A DNA stretch of 32,000 nt from Mycobacterium tuberculosis H37Rv. GTDB taxonomy: Bacteria; Actinomycetota; Actinomycetes; Mycobacteriales; Mycobacteriaceae. Shown one piece after another: positions 28,396-32,000 of this stretch. The stretch covers positions 2,430,001 to 2,462,000 of the forward strand of contig NC_000962.3 of assembly GCF_000195955.2 (NCBI RefSeq). The letters are read 5' to 3'. Position numbers and translations under genes: made by a program. The notes beneath the pieces are model-generated. The model did no database searches and was not told the origin of the DNA. It saw only the letters and a list, made by a program, of their open reading frames with translations. How positions within the stretch are numbered: position 1 is the stretch's first letter; every line of letters begins with the position of its first letter.

Positions 28396-29681
28396 GCCGC
28401 GCCGACGACGATGCAGTGGGGGTACCACCCACTTGCGGGGGACGAAGCGATGAGGAGGAGCGGCGCATAGTGCCCGGACCTAACCCGCAAGACGGGGCCA
28501 AAGACGGGGCTAAGGCAACCGCCGTCCCCCGTGAACCGGACGAAGCCGCGCTGGCCGCGATGTCCAACCAGGAGCTGCTCGCATTGGGCGGCAAGCTGGA
28601 TGGTGTCCGGATCGCCTACAAAGAGCCCCGCTGGCCGGTCGAGGGCACCAAAGCCGAGAAGCGCGCCGAGCGTTCAGTGGCGGTGTGGCTTTTGCTAGGT
28701 GGCGTGTTCGGACTGGCGCTGTTGCTGATCTTCCTGTTCTGGCCGTGGGAGTTCAAGGCGGCGGATGGCGAAAGCGACTTCATCTACTCGCTGACTACCC
28801 CGCTCTACGGCCTGACTTTCGGATTGTCCATCCTGTCGATCGCCATCGGCGCCGTGTTGTATCAGAAAAGGTTTATTCCCGAAGAGATTTCAATCCAGGA
28901 ACGTCACGATGGCGCTTCGCGGGAGATCGACCGCAAGACGGTGGTGGCGAACCTGACCGACGCGTTCGAGGGCTCGACGATCCGACGGCGCAAGCTGATC
29001 GGGCTGTCCTTCGGCGTGGGCATGGGTGCGTTCGGGCTAGGCACCTTGGTCGCGTTTGCTGGTGGCCTCATCAAGAACCCCTGGAAGCCGGTTGTCCCCA
29101 CCGCCGAGGGCAAAAAGGCGGTGCTCTGGACGTCGGGTTGGACCCCCCGCTACCAGGGCGAGACGATCTATCTGGCGCGCGCCACCGGCACGGAGGACGG
29201 ACCACCGTTCATCAAAATGCGCCCGGAGGATATGGACGCCGGTGGAATGGAGACCGTTTTTCCCTGGCGGGAGTCCGACGGCGACGGCACCACCGTCGAA
29301 TCACACCATAAGCTGCAGGAAATCGCGATGGGTATCCGTAACCCGGTGATGCTCATCCGGATCAAACCCAGTGACCTGGGCCGCGTGGTCAAGCGCAAGG
29401 GCCAGGAGAGTTTCAACTTCGGCGAATTCTTCGCGTTCACCAAGGTCTGCTCTCATTTGGGTTGCCCGTCATCGCTGTACGAGCAGCAGAGCTACCGAAT
29501 CCTGTGCCCTTGTCACCAGTCGCAGTTCGACGCATTGCATTTCGCTAAGCCGATCTTCGGTCCAGCGGCCCGCGCCTTGGCGCAACTGCCGATCACGATC
29601 GACACGGACGGGTATCTGGTCGCCAACGGTGACTTTGTCGAGCCCGTCGGACCAGCATTCTGGGAGCGAACAACAACATGA
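28392..29681 (+). CDS. qcrA: Cytochrome bc1 complex Rieske iron-sulfur subunit
   Basis: The Rieske motifs are CSHLGCP and CPCHQSQF. The start has an ATGA overlap with the qcrC stop (28392-28395). The product is 429 aa. Confidence 0.93.
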   Translation: MSRADDDAVGVPPTCGGRSDEEERRIVPGPNPQDGAKDGAKATAVPREPDEAALAAMSNQELLALGGKLDGVRIAYKEPRWPVEGTKAEKRAERSVAVWLLLGGVFGLALLLIFLFWPWEFKAADGESDFIYSLTTPLYGLTFGLSILSIAIGAVLYQKRFIPEEISIQERHDGASREIDRKTVVANLTDAFEGSTIRRRKLIGLSFGVGMGAFGLGTLVAFAGGLIKNPWKPVVPTAEGKKAVLWTSGWTPRYQGETIYLARATGTEDGPPFIKMRPEDMDAGGMETVFPWRESDGDGTTVESHHKLQEIAMGIRNPVMLIRIKPSDLGRVVKRKGQESFNFGEFFAFTKVCSHLGCPSSLYEQQSYRILCPCHQSQFDALHFAKPIFGPAARALAQLPITIDTDGYLVANGDFVEPVGPAFWERTTT

Positions 29682-31327
29682 GTCCGAAACTGAGTCCGCC
29701 GAACATTGGTGAGGTCCTGGCCCGCCAAGCCGAAGACATCGACACCCGGTATCACCCCTCGGCGGCGCTGCGTCGTCAGCTCAACAAGGTCTTCCCGACC
29801 CACTGGTCGTTCTTGCTCGGCGAGATCGCTCTGTACAGCTTCGTGGTCCTGCTGATCACCGGCGTGTATTTGACGCTGTTTTTCGATCCGTCCATGGTCG
29901 ACGTCACCTACAACGGTGTCTATCAACCGCTGCGGGGCGTCGAGATGTCGCGTGCCTACCAGTCCGCGCTGGACATTTCCTTCGAGGTGCGCGGTGGCCT
30001 GTTCGTGCGCCAGATCCATCACTGGGCCGCTTTGATGTTCGCGGCGGCAATCATGGTGCACCTGGCACGCATCTTTTTCACCGGAGCGTTCCGGCGGCCC
30101 CGCGAGACCAACTGGGTGATCGGTTCGCTGTTGTTGATCCTGGCGATGTTCGAGGGCTATTTCGGCTACTCACTGCCTGACGACCTGCTGTCGGGACTCG
30201 GTCTGCGCGCGGCACTCTCGTCGATCACGCTGGGTATGCCGGTAATCGGGACCTGGCTGCACTGGGCGCTGTTTGGCGGTGACTTCCCCGGCACCATCTT
30301 GATCCCCAGGCTCTACGCCCTGCACATTTTACTGTTGCCGGGGATCATCTTGGCGCTGATCGGGCTGCATCTGGCGTTGGTGTGGTTCCAGAAGCACACC
30401 CAGTTCCCCGGCCCGGGCCGCACCGAGCACAACGTCGTCGGCGTGCGGGTGATGCCGGTGTTCGCGTTCAAGTCCGGCGCATTTTTCGCGGCTATCGTCG
30501 GTGTTCTGGGCCTGATGGGCGGCCTGCTGCAGATCAACCCGATCTGGAATCTGGGGCCCTACAAGCCATCACAGGTGTCGGCGGGCTCGCAGCCAGACTT
30601 CTACATGATGTGGACCGAGGGTCTGGCCCGGATCTGGCCGCCGTGGGAGTTCTACTTCTGGCATCACACCATTCCCGCCCCGGTCTGGGTCGCCGTGATC
30701 ATGGGCCTGGTTTTCGTCCTGCTACCCGCCTACCCATTCCTGGAGAAGCGGTTTACCGGCGACTACGCGCATCACAACCTGTTGCAGCGGCCACGGGACG
30801 TTCCGGTGCGCACCGCGATCGGCGCCATGGCGATCGCCTTCTATATGGTGCTCACTCTCGCGGCGATGAACGACATCATCGCGTTGAAGTTCCATATTTC
30901 GCTGAATGCAACCACGTGGATTGGCCGCATCGGCATGGTGATTCTGCCGCCGTTCGTCTACTTCATCACATATCGGTGGTGTATCGGATTGCAGCGCAGC
31001 GATCGGTCGGTGCTCGAGCACGGCGTCGAGACCGGCATCATCAAGCGGCTGCCCCATGGCGCCTACATCGAGCTGCATCAGCCCCTCGGCCCGGTCGACG
31101 AGCATGGCCACCCGATACCGCTTCAGTATCAGGGAGCGCCGCTGCCCAAGCGAATGAACAAGCTGGGCTCGGCCGGATCGCCGGGTAGTGGCAGTTTTCT
31201 GTTCGCCGACTCCGCGGCAGAGGATGCGGCGCTGCGCGAGGCAGGGCACGCCGCCGAACAACGTGCCCTTGCCGCACTGCGCGAACACCAGGACAGCATC
31301 ATGGGTTCGCCAGACGGCGAGCACTAG
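29678..31327 (+). CDS. qcrB: Cytochrome bc1 complex cytochrome b subunit
   Basis: A polytopic cytochrome b with His ligands ([17 protein letters not shown]). The start has an ATGA overlap with the qcrA stop. The product is 549 aa. Confidence 0.95.
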   Translation: MSPKLSPPNIGEVLARQAEDIDTRYHPSAALRRQLNKVFPTHWSFLLGEIALYSFVVLLITGVYLTLFFDPSMVDVTYNGVYQPLRGVEMSRAYQSALDISFEVRGGLFVRQIHHWAALMFAAAIMVHLARIFFTGAFRRPRETNWVIGSLLLILAMFEGYFGYSLPDDLLSGLGLRAALSSITLGMPVIGTWLHWALFGGDFPGTILIPRLYALHILLLPGIILALIGLHLALVWFQKHTQFPGPGRTEHNVVGVRVMPVFAFKSGAFFAAIVGVLGLMGGLLQINPIWNLGPYKPSQVSAGSQPDFYMMWTEGLARIWPPWEFYFWHHTIPAPVWVAVIMGLVFVLLPAYPFLEKRFTGDYAHHNLLQRPRDVPVRTAIGAMAIAFYMVLTLAAMNDIIALKFHISLNATTWIGRIGMVILPPFVYFITYRWCIGLQRSDRSVLEHGVETGIIKRLPHGAYIELHQPLGPVDEHGHPIPLQYQGAPLPKRMNKLGSAGSPGSGSFLFADSAAEDAALREAGHAAEQRALAALREHQDSIMGSPDGEH

Positions 31328-31504
31328 CCCGGCGACGACCCGGGTCGGCACGACCCGGGAAGGAACCGGGCAAATCAAGCACAGCCCGGCGACGACCCGG
31401 GTCGGCACGACCCGGGAAGGAACCGGGCAAATCAAGCACAGCCCGGCGACGACCCGGGTCGGCACGACCCGGGAAGGAACCGGGCAAATCAAGCACAGCC
31501 CGGC
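31327..31504. repeat. 57-bp tandem repeat, three identical copies plus a 7-bp partial copy (ETR-B / VNTR-2461 locus)
   Basis: The copies occupy 31327-31383, 31384-31440 and 31441-31497 and are identical. A partial gcccggc follows at 31498-31504. The array fills the whole qcrB/Rv2197c gap. Confidence 0.95.
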
Positions 31505-31983
31505 TAACTGGACTGGGGCGCCACCACCCGGCGCAGCTGCCGAGCGTATAGCCACTCGATCACCGGCATGCCCGCGGTGACCACCCCGGCCAACCCGTAG
31601 CTGATCCAAGATGGCCCGTCGTGACCGACCGCCATGAGGTAGGTCGCCGCCGCCACGGCAATCAACGCAATGCCAATCGCACTGGTCAACACGACTGTCC
31701 CGCGCAACCAGATCCGGTCCACCGCCTCACTGGACCACTCGGCGGCCACCTCGAATGCATCCGCGTGCTGTACGGGTGCCGACTCGGCCACAGCGCGTTT
31801 CGCCGGATGCCCGGATCCGATCGATCGCCCGCCCCGCACGGATGCACCCGTCGGCCTCGTCGCGGGCTCGGCCTCAGCCATGCGGCGAGCTCGCAACAGC
31901 ACCGGTATCGCGCCCACGATGACCAGTGCGGAGACCACAATTACGGCGTACAGCACCCACGTGGTGTGCGGGTTTCCGGCCAT
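31504..31983 (-). CDS. Conserved membrane protein (Rv2197c-like), possibly 5'-truncated by the window edge
   Basis: There are hydrophobic helices at both ends. The ORF has an ATG at 31983, but the frame remains open to position 32000. Confidence 0.7.
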   Translation of the reverse strand: MAGNPHTTWVLYAVIVVSALVIVGAIPVLLRARRMAEAEPATRPTGASVRGGRSIGSGHPAKRAVAESAPVQHADAFEVAAEWSSEAVDRIWLRGTVVLTSAIGIALIAVAAATYLMAVGHDGPSWISYGLAGVVTAGMPVIEWLYARQLRRVVAPQSS

Positions 31984-32000
31984 CTCGTGGAAGCCCCTAC

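Noticed and set aside
31327-31504. The possibility that the 57-bp repeats are a CRISPR array or a MIRU-type small-ORF element.
   Set aside because: The units are directly contiguous with no spacers, so this is not a CRISPR array. The unit length and sequence fit the ETR-B VNTR. Openness in several reading frames is expected from the GC content and is not evidence of coding.

Overview
This window is Mycobacterium tuberculosis complex core chromosome, H37Rv-like, covering roughly Rv2167c to Rv2197c. I identified it from a complete IS6110 with its characteristic 28-bp ends, from three perfect 57-bp tandem repeats between qcrB and the next gene (the ETR-B / VNTR-2461 locus), and from gene content I recognise in the translations. 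All names come from recognition of protein motifs and recalled gene order, because no searches were possible. Left to right the window holds: IS6110; a DUF3040 membrane protein; a GNAT acetyltransferase; lppM; an MTHFR-like gene; idsA2-mptA; the divergent Rv2175c/pknL pair; a decayed IS110-family (IS1558-like) transposase; aroG; an RNase; membrane and mannosyltransferase genes (Rv2180c, Rv2181); an AGPAT; an operon of two SRPBCC proteins, an ArsA/Get3-like ATPase and a Cys-motif protein; fadD15; pimB; a HExxH protein; ripC; a Cho-like nuclease; trpD; ctaE-qcrCAB; and the start of Rv2197c. I saw no tRNA, rRNA, CRISPR array, prophage or classical defence island. Most of the window is well-known housekeeping and cell-envelope biology. 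The best candidates for something under-described are these. (1) Two back-to-back full matches to the RecA-independent (PafBC-type) DNA-damage promoter motif drive the Cho-like nuclease and a small four-cysteine ORF that I do not recall being numbered. (2) The Walker-A loop of the ArsA/Get3-like ATPase lies upstream of any canonical in-frame start codon. (3) The SRPBCC/ATPase/WCPLC-motif operon has no known function. (4) Phased TGGGG repeats resembling an MraZ operator abut the outward-facing 3' end of IS6110. (5) A HExxH peptidase-like gene sits behind ripC, and the commonly used start would remove its hydrophobic anchor.
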